A stretch of DNA of 64,000 bases from an uncultured Phycisphaerales bacterium. GTDB taxonomy: Bacteria > Planctomycetota > Phycisphaerae > Tepidisphaerales > Tepidisphaeraceae. Both the position numbers and the translations under genes were made by a program. Shown here in pieces: positions 19,692 through 30,481 of this stretch. A model generated the notes under the pieces. It worked only from the letters and a program-made list of their open reading frames with translations. It ran no database searches and was not told the DNA's origin. How positions within the stretch are numbered: the first letter of the stretch is position 1; every line of letters starts with the position of its first letter. Location: contig CAVWVQ010000003.1 in the NCBI GenBank assembly GCA_963758525.1, forward strand, positions 2,624,001 through 2,688,000, read 5' to 3'.

Positions 19692-20816
19692 TCAGCTGCT
19701 TGGCTGAGCCGGGAGTGCCTTTTGTTGAATCCTTCTGAACAGGTGCAGCAGAGCAGTGAGGGCAGGGGATCGCTCAAACTCATGTGCGCGGTAAAGCATA
19801 CCCATCGGGATGCGAATCTTCTGCAGCTCCTTCGTCAGCAGTCCCTTGCTCAGCTTGCCTTCCGTCTTTAGCGGTGGGTCGTACGATGGCGGCCTTGCAG
19901 CGTGGGCCCAATCCACGAAACTCTTTGTCGCCAGCATCAATGCCGGATCGGGTTGAAATCGCAACACCTGAACCTGGTTCATACTGTCATGTATCTTTGG
20001 CCTTCTCAATGTGAGACGCTCACAACGATCAGAGCCGAGCGACTCGACCAACCACGACCGCGTCACGCCGGGAAGTGGCATATAGGCTAGCCATTGCTCT
20101 ATTTCAACAGGACCTACCGTTAATCCGATCTTCGAAACCAAGGCCGCATTGAGGAGTACAGCCATCTGTTCCTCCCCGATCTTTTCGAAATGAAACCCCT
20201 CCGGAATTCCGACAAGCTCTCCGTTCGTTTCGACGAAAGGCGATAAGAAGCAATCGCAAGTACTAAACTCTGCCTTCACGGCTCCAAAGACATGCCGCGA
20301 GTGGACGGGAGTGATTCGAACCTCCAACTCCGGATTTAACCGCGTGAGATGATACCGAAGGTCCGCCGCGAGACGCAGCATCATGTGCACTGATCCAATT
20401 TCCACCCGCGGCTTCACCTTCGAGGATTGCTCTTCGATTTGCTTCTGAAAGAGCCGTAGGTGTTCCGCTGCCCACCGAGCAAAATGTTCCCCGACAACGG
20501 TTAGCTCGTAAGGTTGTCCGCTACGTCGCTGTTCGGCGACCGTTACCTCCGTATTTAACACCTCCGACAGGAGTCTGGACAGCTTAGTGACACGCCATCG
20601 GACAGATGACGGATCGATGTTCAGCAACACACCTAACTCGCGGGGCGTTTTATTCAGATATAAGTGAGAGGCCAACAGAAGATCGGCGACATCCATCGTC
20701 CCCAGTTTTTCCAAAGCAATCAGGTTCAAGTCGGCCGCCATCGAAGGCCGTTCCGTCGCTGGCGACGTTGGTTCCACAGCCAAGGTCCGCGACGATTTCC
20801 GCACCCGATTTCTCAT
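19692..20816 (-). CDS. Divergent LysR-like transcriptional regulator
   Basis: HTH (LLNIDPSSVRWRVTKL), LTVVGEHF linker, effector-like domain; divergent from the operon at 21072; alternative start near 20741. Confidence 0.55.
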   Translation of the reverse strand: MRNRVRKSSRTLAVEPTSPATERPSMAADLNLIALEKLGTMDVADLLLASHLYLNKTPRELGVLLNIDPSSVRWRVTKLSRLLSEVLNTEVTVAEQRRSGQPYELTVVGEHFARWAAEHLRLFQKQIEEQSSKVKPRVEIGSVHMMLRLAADLRYHLTRLNPELEVRITPVHSRHVFGAVKAEFSTCDCFLSPFVETNGELVGIPEGFHFEKIGEEQMAVLLNAALVSKIGLTVGPVEIEQWLAYMPLPGVTRSWLVESLGSDRCERLTLRRPKIHDSMNQVQVLRFQPDPALMLATKSFVDWAHAARPPSYDPPLKTEGKLSKGLLTKELQKIRIPMGMLYRAHEFERSPALTALLHLFRRIQQKALPAQPSS

Positions 20817-21071
20817 CCCCGGGGATTGTATGCCGTGTCGGCGGGTCGCGCAAGCAGGAATTACCTACTGAATTAAAGATTACTCTGTGTATTTTGTGTT
20901 CGCAAGGTTTATTCTGCGGGGGCCGTCAGCGAGAGGAGGCCCTTGATGTCGCTGGATCGAATGCGTGTAAATTCGCCTGAAGTTTCCCAGACACAGAGGG
21001 ACAGCTCCACCCACCGGTGGTCCCAGTACACGTTGGTGCCGCTCGCTCTTTCGTCGTTCAGAGTTTTTGGC

Positions 21072-21905
21072 ATGAGTACTCCATCCACGATCGACATCAA
21101 GGCCCCGATGTTGTTCCACGACGGATCATCACCGCCGACCGCTGTAGTTGTTTTCGATGCGTTCCGGTGTTCGTCCACGCTCCTGGCTTGCTTCGCTCGC
21201 GGATTGCACGCGGCGGTATTGTCGGAGAAGGGCCAGTCGGCGGCCGGTACGACGATCGGTAAGGCGGAGCAACTAGCACAAGAGCTGAAATGCAAATTAA
21301 TCCTCGGCGGCGAACTGCATGGGCGTGCCGTCAGCGGAGGTGTTGTCGGCAACTCACCGATCGAGTCCTGCACAGCAATTCTTGACGACAGAAAGCTTCT
21401 GCATTTTCAGTCTACTAACTTTGCCCGGTCGTTCAACAAGATCACGGACTACGTACATCAGCAGCGGGAGGGTTTGGTGGAGATATTCGTCATTAGCTAT
21501 GCGAACGCCGCCATCACAGCACAACTAATTCAGAGTTCTGGATACGAACGCATCATCGCTGTTTGTGGTGGTTTCTTCGATTGCATGGCCATCGAAGATA
21601 TGACGCTCGGTGGCAGGTTCATTAGCGAGCTCGGGATCGACGACGGGGATCTCGATGACGATTCGCTGGCGATGCTTGCGTGCTACCGTGCTCTAAATCC
21701 GACGCCTGCCCTTGTGGGTGGGGGTTGGGCAGGACGAGTTCTCCGGCACATTGGTAAAGCCGAGGACATCTGGGACGTCATCGGCACGTCGCGGTTGCCA
21801 CAGCATCAACGCCGCCGCATGTCGAACTTAATCTTGCAGGTTAGATGGATTCACGGCACCCCGATGATTCAAGCGGTGGCCAGTCAACTCCTAACGAGAG
21901 TGTAG
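21072..21905 (+). CDS. 2-phosphosulfolactate phosphatase (ComB)-like protein, divergent
   Basis: VVFDAFRCSST, GGE..G...GNSP, STN, VCGG...IED. Confidence 0.75.
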   Translation: MSTPSTIDIKAPMLFHDGSSPPTAVVVFDAFRCSSTLLACFARGLHAAVLSEKGQSAAGTTIGKAEQLAQELKCKLILGGELHGRAVSGGVVGNSPIESCTAILDDRKLLHFQSTNFARSFNKITDYVHQQREGLVEIFVISYANAAITAQLIQSSGYERIIAVCGGFFDCMAIEDMTLGGRFISELGIDDGDLDDDSLAMLACYRALNPTPALVGGGWAGRVLRHIGKAEDIWDVIGTSRLPQHQRRRMSNLILQVRWIHGTPMIQAVASQLLTRV

Positions 21906-21907
21906 AG

Positions 21908-22321
21908 ATGAATTGCTTCATCATCAAGAAGTCCTTCCACTTTCACGCGGCCCACCGCAACGAAGATCTTTCTAACGATAGATGCTTCTCAATTCACGGT
22001 CATACGTACCACGTAGACTGTCACTTCGCTTTCACAAAAGCCGACTCCCACAGTGTCACGATGCTATTTTCTGATATTGAGAAGCAGGTACTCCCGGTGC
22101 TGGCTCCATTCGAGCACAGCTTCATCGTGAATCGGGTAGACCCCCTATATACGGTGTTGAGGGACCAAGGCATTAAACTCTGTGTCCTCGATCATCCCTC
22201 ATCTGCGGAAAATCTCGCACAACTATTCTTCGATCGAATACGGGCGAACACTGAGCTGAACCTAGTTCGGTTAGACCTTCAGGAGACGGAGAGTTCTGTC
22301 GTTTCCTATTGTGGTTCCTAG
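21908..22321 (+). CDS. queD: 6-carboxytetrahydropterin synthase / PTPS family
   Basis: KSFHFHAAH, CFSIHGHTY, SAENLA, LQETES. Confidence 0.9.
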   Translation: MNCFIIKKSFHFHAAHRNEDLSNDRCFSIHGHTYHVDCHFAFTKADSHSVTMLFSDIEKQVLPVLAPFEHSFIVNRVDPLYTVLRDQGIKLCVLDHPSSAENLAQLFFDRIRANTELNLVRLDLQETESSVVSYCGS

Positions 22322-22928
22322 GTACAGCAGGCCGAAGGACGTGGCCGAAATGAATCCTCTTTTGCTGATACCGAAGTGGTTGTACATGGCACGCAAACAT
22401 GGCGTGCCGAAGCCGGAGGCGTTCTGCTTGAGCACCATCACAAGGGCGGGAATGCCGTCTTCGCGGATGATGTTGGTAACCGAATGTCTTGACGGGGAGC
22501 TAATCTTTTGCACTGACTGTCGGAGCAATAAGGGTCAAAACATATCTGATAATCCCGCGGCGGCGGCGTTGCTCTATTGGCAGCCAATTAGTCGCCAAGT
22601 GCGGCTCGAAGGAACGATCGAACCCGCACAGGATTCACTTGCAGACGCAGATTTCAATAGAAAAACGGCTGGTCAGCGGTTGATCATTTCGCTGGGCATC
22701 CAGAGCAGCACGCTGCGTCGCTACCGCCGTCTTGCTTTTGACGTTTCTGACAAGCTGTCAGTGATGGCGGACGGTGCTCAGCTGACTAGGCCGTGGTACT
22801 GGAAGGCATATCGCCTGCGAGCTTCACGCGTCGAATTTTTCCGTGGCGGCTCGCATCGGCTGAATCGTCGGCTCTCGTTCCTATTAGATGAGCGCGGCCG
22901 ATGGAAAGCTCAACGTCTATATCCCTAG
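22311..22928 (+). CDS. Pyridoxamine 5'-phosphate oxidase (PdxH/PhzG)-like FMN enzyme, divergent
   Basis: LSTI...PSSRM, SNKG, RQVRLEG, RPWYW, VEF...RL...W...RLYP. Confidence 0.8.
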   Translation: MVPRYSRPKDVAEMNPLLLIPKWLYMARKHGVPKPEAFCLSTITRAGMPSSRMMLVTECLDGELIFCTDCRSNKGQNISDNPAAAALLYWQPISRQVRLEGTIEPAQDSLADADFNRKTAGQRLIISLGIQSSTLRRYRRLAFDVSDKLSVMADGAQLTRPWYWKAYRLRASRVEFFRGGSHRLNRRLSFLLDERGRWKAQRLYP

Positions 22929-22963
22929 CCACCGATAAGGTAACGGCCATCCATCAGGAGTTT

Positions 22964-23935
22964 ATGATCGACGCTGTCCAGTTAATCTCGCACGCGGTGT
23001 TTGATCTGCCAGACGCCGGTGACACGGTCGCAATCCTTTGCCATTTCAACCCGTGCCTCTACATATCACCCGTCCGGAATCTCGCAGCCACCCTCGATTG
23101 GCTTTTGGCGGAAGAACTTCCCACGTATGCAATCGAGCTGAGGTGCGGTCATAGCGTATCTGCACCACCCGTCTTACCAGTTGGCCATCGGAAGGTGCTT
23201 CAACTTACCAGCGACTCCTGGATGTTCGTGAAAGATAATCTTTGGAATGTTCTTGCGAAAAATCTACCGGCTCACTTCTCGAACATAATCTGCGTCGACG
23301 CTGACGTGAGCTTGAGGACACGGGGTTGGAAAAAGACCTTAGCAGATCGCTTAGGGTCATTTCCAGTCGTTCAGCCGTTTAGCCGCGGGGTTTGGCTTGA
23401 TTCCATTGGCAATGTGTTCAAAGAGAAATACTCGTGCGGTTATGCGGCCAACTGCGGCCTCCCGACGCCGCATCTGTCAAAGGAATATCACTGCGGATTT
23501 GCGGTCGCCGTGCGGCGAGATTTCTGGGCGGAGACCGGCGGCTTTTTCAATAGCCCGGTTGGGGGTGGGTCGTTGTTCCTTATGTCAGCTACGCTCGGCG
23601 TAGAAAATGAACTCGAGCCGATCCTTTCCAGTGCAGCTCCAGCGTTTGCTCGCCAGTACCGGGAGTGGGCTGACCGAGTTAGATGTTGGTCCCACCAAAG
23701 GCTGGGGCACGTGGACGGCGATGCTTACCACCTTTGGCACGGATCCCGGGCCAAGCGTCGCTACTTTGACAGATTTGAACTACTCAGCGGCTTCGATCCA
23801 TTCACGGATGTCGAAAGTAAGCCGTCGGGACTCCACGAATGGAGCCCAGTGGCTCGGACGACTAAGCAGACTATGTTGCGGAGAATTGAGGACTACTTCA
23901 AAGAACGCGAGGAAGACGAGCACGTCGTTCCCTGA
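22964..23935 (+). CDS. Putative GT-A fold glycosyltransferase-like protein
   Basis: KDNLWN, ICVDADV (DxD), VVQPF, GFAVAVRRDFW, HLWHG...RRY; AGGAG RBS. Confidence 0.6.
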   Translation: MIDAVQLISHAVFDLPDAGDTVAILCHFNPCLYISPVRNLAATLDWLLAEELPTYAIELRCGHSVSAPPVLPVGHRKVLQLTSDSWMFVKDNLWNVLAKNLPAHFSNIICVDADVSLRTRGWKKTLADRLGSFPVVQPFSRGVWLDSIGNVFKEKYSCGYAANCGLPTPHLSKEYHCGFAVAVRRDFWAETGGFFNSPVGGGSLFLMSATLGVENELEPILSSAAPAFARQYREWADRVRCWSHQRLGHVDGDAYHLWHGSRAKRRYFDRFELLSGFDPFTDVESKPSGLHEWSPVARTTKQTMLRRIEDYFKEREEDEHVVP

Positions 23936-24403
23936 GACCACGGCACGGTCAGGGAAGCTATCGCATTCCATTTGTTATCTGGAGGCACCGGGAAGGCCAC
24001 CCTACCAGCCCGGCCGATCCCGACCGGGGTCTTCTTCTTTGGCGATACATTGAGACTTGCGTAGTCGAATTCCCCCTGGCCTCCGGATCGGCCATCGACT
24101 ACTGGACTGCTACCCTGTTCGCCGGAGTTTCGGCTCATCGATCCCCAGCGGCTGGGTCGGGCGAAGGTCCAGCCAGGCCCGAGCCATCGCAGACAGCCGT
24201 GCCGTAGCTGACATTCGCCTCTGCTCGTGATACGGCTGCGTCAGCCAAGGCAGATTCGGTCGTCAGGGTACCTCGGAGATTCTTGGACGCGCGCCGGATC
24301 AATCGCCAATAAACTCCGAATTATCGGGAACCCGGTTTCACTTCCAACGTCTAACCCTCCGTTCCAAGTCTCCGAACCAAGCTCGCACTGAAAGGGCTCG
24401 ATC

Positions 24404-27400
24404 ATGTTCGCACCTCGCGTGACGGCGTCTTGTTTGGCCCTTGCACTGGTTGTCGCGGGATTGCTCCTGGCGGATGAGCCGGGCAACGCACCCGGGCCGA
24501 AGGATCCGTGTTATCTTGGGCATGTTTCCACGGACAAACCGATCTATCGACCGGGAGAACGGGTCTGGCTGCGCGGCGTCGTCCTGGGGGCGCTGGATCA
24601 CAAGCCCTTGCCGGAGGGACAATCAGCTGATGCCGTTTTGCAGATCACCGGCCCCAGGGGGGAGCAGCTTTTCACGACAAATGGGCAGATTCAAGAGAGC
24701 GTGGCGGGGTTCGCCTGGGATGTGCCTGCCGACGCGGCTGGCGGGCAATATGCGGCCGTCGTCAGTTTTCCCTATAGCGGGTTCCCACCGGCAAAACGCA
24801 TTTTTGACGTGCGAGCCTATCGCGCTCCGCGGCTCAAGGGTGAGATTATCTTCCTTCGCGATGGATTCGGGCCGGGCGACATGGTCAGAGCATCGCTCCA
24901 TGTTGAGCGCGCCGAAGGCGGCCTGCCCGCCGGGGCAAAAGTGTCGGCAACCGCCATCGTCGATGGCCAAGACGCGTACTCGGGCCAGACGGTCATTGAT
25001 CCGGCCGGGAATTGCTCGGTTGCGTTTACGCTGCCGGCCCGGATCGAGCGCGGCGACGGGACGCTCTCGCTGGCGGTAGCCGATGGCGGCGTGGTCGAGC
25101 CGATCGCCAAGACGATCCCAATTCTGCTGAAGAGCGTTGATCTGGCGATCTATCCCGAGGGAGGCGATCTGGTCGCCGGGTTGCCTTGCAGGGTCTATGT
25201 CGAAGCGCGCACCACCGCGCAGAAGCCGGCGGACCTGGTGGGACAGGTGATCGATTCGCATGGCAACGCCGTGGTCGATTTTGCTACCGAGCATGAGGGG
25301 CGCGGCCGATTTATCCTCACCCCCAAAACCGGTGAGAGCTATGCGATCAAGCTTTCGCAGCCCTCGGGCATCACCAGGATCTACCCGCTCCCCGCGGCCA
25401 AGACCGAGGGCGTCGTGCTGCTGGCGTTGGACGATATGACCCGGGGCGGCGAGCCGATCCGACTCAACATCGCGGGGACCGCCGCCGGATCATACGATGT
25501 CAGCCTTTCCAAACGGCAGACGGAAGTGGCGTCCGCCCCCGTCAAACTGCTGCCCGGCGTGGCCGCGCAAGTGGTTCTCACGCCGCCTTCATGGGCGGAC
25601 GGCGTGCTGGTCGCGACCGTAAAGACCGCCGACGGCACTCCCATCAGTGAACGGCTGATCTTCCGCCAAAGCGCCCGGGCCATCCACGTGAAGGTGACAG
25701 CGGATCGACCTTCCTTCACGCCCGCCGACCAGGTGAACATCAGCGTCACCACCACGGACGACGCCGGAAAGCCGGTGCCGGCGGTCGTTGGCGTCACCGC
25801 CACCGACGAAGCCGTACTGCGCATCCCAGAAAAGCGCGATCGCGCCCCGCGGCTGGGGGCGATGGTGCTCCTGGGAAATGACGTGCGTGACCTGGCCGAC
25901 GCCGGGGCCTATCTCGACCGGGCTGATTCCAAGGCACCGCTGGCAACCGATTTGCTTCTTGGGACGCAGGGATGGCGCAGGTTCGCGACGGTCGATGCGA
26001 AAAAGTTCATCGCCGCCTACGGCGATCCCGCCCGGCGCGCCTGGGAGATCTGCTGCCGCCGCAACCGATGTTCTGGAATGTTGCCGGTGGCCGGGGCGGA
26101 GGCGGTCGGTTCTTTGCAGTGACCGCCGCCCGGGCTCCTGGGCCGATGGTACGTGAGCAGAACGCGGCGGAAGACGCAAAGCTCAACGATCGCGCTGCAG
26201 AGAACAGGCCGCCTGCCGCCCCCGCGATGGTCGACCAGTCGCAAGCCGGGCAACAGGTAAGGAAGGACCTGCAATTGCAGCCGGCGGCTGACATGCCGGC
26301 GACACAGCCGGCAGCAATGCCGATTGCGATGCCGCCGCCGCTTCCCGTCGTTCGCATCTATGCCCACGATCTCCAGCCCAATCGATCCAGCAGCGATCGC
26401 ACCGATTTCACCGAGACACTGTACTGGGCCGCCGGCGTAAAGACCGACGAAAAGACCGGGACGGCAACACTCTCCTTCCATCTCAATGACTCGGTCACCA
26501 GCTTTGCCATTACCGCCGACGCATTCGATGCTTCGGGAGCACTGGGCGAAGGCAAGACGATCATCACCTCCTCTAAGCCGTTCTACGTTGAGCCCAAACT
26601 GCCGCTGGAAGTGAGCGTCGGCGATCTGATTCACCTCCCGATCGCGGCCGTCAATAACACGCGGAGCAATCTGGATCGCGTCCGTCTCACTCTCAACGGC
26701 GGAGCCGGGCTGAGCATCTCTCCGATCCAGGAGTTTGATCTTCCGGCTGGCCAGCGCGTGCGGCAATTGGTTGATCTGCGCGTTGGCGCTGCGCCGGGAA
26801 CCACAAAGGTCGTTGTCGATGCCCGCGCCGGCGACTTTACCGATCAGGTAACGCGCACGCTGGCCATCGTGCCGCTGGGATTCCCGACAGAAATCAACAA
26901 GGGCGGGCTGGTCAGCTCCGCCGGCAGCGTGGTCGACGAAATCCAGGTTCCCCAGTCTGTGGTGGCGGGAAGCATGAAAACCTCGGCCGCCCTCTACCCC
27001 ACTCCATTGGCCAATCTCACCGAGGCGTTGCAGGGGCTGTTGCAGGGGCCAAACGGCTGCTTCGAGCAGACCACCTCGACCAACTATCCGCTGGTCATGG
27101 CCGACCAATATTTCACGACCCATGCCGGGGTCGACCCATCGCTCATCGCCCACAGCAACGATCTGCTGGATAAGGGATACGCGCGACTGACCAGTTTTCA
27201 GTGCAAGAACAAGGGGTATGAATGGTTCGGCGAAGACCCCGGACACGAATGCCTGACGGCGTACGGGCTGCTTGAGTTCACCGATATGTCCGCCGTTCGC
27301 AGCGTCGATCCCGCGATGCTTCAGAACACACGCACCTGGCTGCTGGCCCGACGTGACGGCAAGGGAGGCTTCACCCACGAACGGCGTGCCCTGCATACCT

Positions 27401-28488
27401 GGGTCACCGATCCCGACTGTGCCAACGGCTATTGCACATGGGCCCTGCTCGAAACCGGCCAGAGCGGCCTCGATACAGAGGTGAAGTGGCTCGCGGAGCA
27501 CGCACAAACCGATCCCAACAGCTATGTCAAAGCCCTGGCCGCCAGCTCCCTGTACCTCGCCGGCGACAAGGCCGGTGCGCGGCAGTTCATGGATCGGCTG
27601 GCCGACCTGCAGGATAAAGACGGCCACGTTCGCGGAGCAGTCACCACCGTCGTCGGCAGCGGCGGAGACAGCCTGGAAATCGAAACCACCTCGTTGGCGA
27701 CACTGGCGTGGCTGCGCGAGCCGGCGTACGCCGCACATGTCGAGTCGGCCATCCGCTACCTGGCCGACTCCTGCAAAGCCGGACGATACGGCTCGACGCA
27801 ATCGACCGTGCTGGCGCTGCGCGCGATCATCGCCTATGACAAAGCCCGCGCCCATCCGACCGCCGCCGGCAAAGTGCTGCTTTTTGTCGATCATCAAGGC
27901 GTGGGCGAAGCGATCACCTTTGACGCCAGTTCCACCGGCGCGATCAAGCTCCCCGACTTCTCAGCGCAGATGACGCCCGGCGAACACGCTGTCGAATTGC
28001 GCATGACCGACGGCTCCAGTCTTCCGGACGCCGTCACGGTGTCATTCAACAGCGTGACGCCCGTCTCTTCCAAGGGGTGCCCACTGACGATGACCACGGC
28101 GCTTGCCGATCCGCAGGTGGCCGAAGGAGCGCCCACCGAGGCGCGGGTGACGATCACCAACCGGTCGGTCGCGACGCTCCCCACTCCGATCGCGATCGTC
28201 GGCCTGCCCGGCGGCCTGGAAGTGCGGCACGATCAACTCAAGGAACTGGTGAAAGCCGGCCGCATCGCCGCCTACGACGTGCGCGGCCGGGAGGTGATCC
28301 TGTATTGGCGTGACATTCAGTCCAAGCAGACCATCGAGGTCCCGCTCAGCCTGACCGCTGCCATCCCCGGTGAATACACCGGCCCGGCCAGCCGTGCGTA
28401 CCTGTATTACTGCGATGAATTCAAGCAATGGCTGCCGGGAATGAAAGTCACCATCATGGCCAAGGCCTCGCAAGCCCAGCGGGGATGA
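24404..28488 (+). CDS. Bacterial alpha-2-macroglobulin family protein, with one frameshift at ~26040
   Basis: Signal peptide, STDKPIYRPGE (MG2), YPEGGDLV, RTDFTETLYW, thioester GCFEQ; one extra C in GCC|CTG restores a single ORF. Confidence 0.9.
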
Positions 28489-28586
28489 CGCAACTCTTTT
28501 CTTTACTCCGCGACGATTCACCCGTCTGACGGATGCGTTCTCAAGGAAGCTCGCGGGCCTGGATTTCTCATGTAGACTTCCCTCTG

Positions 28587-29285
28587 GTGAAACGCCGCTT
28601 TTTCAACGTGCTGGCCGGGGTATCACTGCTATTGTGCGTCACAATGGTGACGCTGTGGGCGCGGAGCTACCGCGTTGCAGACAGTTTTGCGGTGAAAGTT
28701 CCTCCGCATTCAATCGCACCTGCCACACATCAGCCTTTCATCGCCTGCGAGCTGGATTCATACCGGGGTATCGTGAGGTTCATGGATGTTGATGTTCGGT
28801 TCGGCATTGCCTACTGGCGAACTGGGATTCGATGGGGCTGGGGAACAGTTCAACCGCAGGATGCACCAAGGTTCTGGACCGACATTATTCCCCTGCGTCA
28901 GCAGCACACCTGGCTCCATGCTGGCTTCGGGTATGCCGCCGGGCGCGCACGCGGATTTTACTACTATCCTGTCGGCGCGGTGGCCGCGCCTGATTGGGTT
29001 CTCGTAATACTCACCGCGGTAATTCCATGTCTATGGGTGGACCGCTTCCGGCGTCGAGTGAGTCGCTTGAGGGGAGGGCTTTGCCCTTCATGCGGTTACG
29101 ACCTCCGTGCCACGCCTGCCCGCTGCCCCGAGTGCGGAACGGCCACCGCGGGTGCGGGAATCTCAAACTGCCCCAATATTCGCCCTCGAACGGTTTCGCT
29201 GCAGGGGTGGTCGACGCCGGCGGGCCATTCAAAGGCTGAAGATGGGCATTGGCCATCTCGGGGAAAGGGGATGTGCCGTCGCTGA
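28587..29285 (+). CDS. Membrane protein with Zn-ribbon (GLCPSCGYDLRATPARCPECG)
   Basis: KRRFFNVLAGVSLLLC leader, second TM, C-terminal CxxC-CxxC. Confidence 0.8.
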   Translation: MKRRFFNVLAGVSLLLCVTMVTLWARSYRVADSFAVKVPPHSIAPATHQPFIACELDSYRGIVRFMDVDVRFGIAYWRTGIRWGWGTVQPQDAPRFWTDIIPLRQQHTWLHAGFGYAAGRARGFYYYPVGAVAAPDWVLVILTAVIPCLWVDRFRRRVSRLRGGLCPSCGYDLRATPARCPECGTATAGAGISNCPNIRPRTVSLQGWSTPAGHSKAEDGHWPSRGKGMCRR

Positions 29286-29660
29286 GCATTGGCCGCTTTA
29301 GCACTGCCTATAAACCCATATGATTTTGGCACTTACATCACGGCCCCGTCTCAGACGCTCAAAACAGGGGTACTCGCGGGCCATCTGAGCCCCGCAAACT
29401 GCCTCAGCGAGGCGGGAAATCGCAGCAAACCACATTGTGGCGAGGGCCTGGCATCACCAGACGCTATGGCTCGCTGCAATAAACCTCTAATTCAAAAACC
29501 GGTTTTTAGATTATCCGCCCGGGTCGAGTTGCCGGATGAACCAGAGTTAGCCATAGAAGTAGAACGACGGGGGGGCTAACGGGAACCGCCGTCGCGGCTG
29601 GTCACGCGCCCGATCCGTCCCGATCGGGTTGTTGAGAGTTCTCACAGTTTTCAGCGGTCG

Positions 29661-29694
29661 CTGCCACAACGTTGTCAGTGGCGTTGTGCATACT
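29661..29694 (+). promoter_or_regulatory. Putative WYL box 4 plus -10 (CTGCCACAACGTTGTCAG-N10-CATACT)
   Basis: Directly upstream of the YbjN gene RBS (AAAGGAG). Confidence 0.65.
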
Positions 29695-29721
29695 CCCTTC
29701 ATCAATTGAAAGGAGCCCGCG

Positions 29722-30315
29722 ATGGCAAAGAGATCGAACGCAATGGCGCGGTTGAAGCAGTTTCTGAACCGCAGTGGCTGGCAGTACATGACCGACAAGG
29801 AGCAGACGCTTCGCGGCCTGATGAGCGGCGACAACGGCCAGTGGAACTGGATCGCCACACAAACGGATGATGACCGGTTTCTGATGTTTTGCGCAAGTTC
29901 CCCCGTGAAGGTGCCGCCAAAGAAACGTCTCGCGGTCGCGGAATATCTCACTCGCGCCAACTGGTGTTTCCAGTTCGGCAACTTTGAAATGAACTGGTCT
30001 GACGGGCAGGTGGTGCTCCGCACGTCCATTCCCATCACGGCGGGGTCTGCGCCACCCGACGCGATCGAGCACCTGGTCTATGGCAACTGCTCGTTGATGG
30101 ACCGTCACCTGCCGGGCTTGCTGGCAGTGAGCATCGGCAATGTGAAGCCGGCGCAGGCGATAGCGGACGTGCAGCGCGGCCCTGATGTGCCCAGCGCGGA
30201 AGAGAACTCCGCAGTGACGGCTGGCGATTGCCCTCAGACACCCGATGCCTCGACGGTGATTCCGCGGCCGGTGTCGCCGAGCGGGCTCGATGGATTTTCC
30301 GCCGGCAACAACTGA
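29722..30315 (+). CDS. YbjN-domain (T3SS chaperone-like) protein
   Basis: VAEYLTRANWCFQFGNFEMNWSDGQVVLR. Confidence 0.8.
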   Translation: MAKRSNAMARLKQFLNRSGWQYMTDKEQTLRGLMSGDNGQWNWIATQTDDDRFLMFCASSPVKVPPKKRLAVAEYLTRANWCFQFGNFEMNWSDGQVVLRTSIPITAGSAPPDAIEHLVYGNCSLMDRHLPGLLAVSIGNVKPAQAIADVQRGPDVPSAEENSAVTAGDCPQTPDASTVIPRPVSPSGLDGFSAGNN

Positions 30316-30481
30316 GCCGGGGCTTGAACCCGCCCCGGAGCGGAGGCATAGCCGGTATGTGTGTTCCCCAGGCCTTCCGAGTCAGCGAGCTTGTATATGG
30401 TGACGTGAACTGACCAGTTCCTCCACGGTCGTGGCACGCTGCTTCAAGCGACGGGCGACGGAAAGTCTTTTTCTGATTCAC

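Noticed and set aside
21908..22321. queD as part of a dpd 7-deazaguanine DNA modification system
   Set aside because: No dpdA/tgt, folE, queE or queC in the window
26017..27897. Long antisense ORF (626 aa), and similar shadow ORFs over DUF1800, hsd and PEP-CTERM genes
   Set aside because: Reverse-frame artefacts of GC-rich coding DNA with no recognisable motifs
29290..29460. Possible tRNA or att site at the island edge
   Set aside because: No cloverleaf, direct-repeat partner or integrase identified
30317..30338. GC hairpin after the YbjN gene as an intrinsic terminator
   Set aside because: No U-tract; cannot be supported
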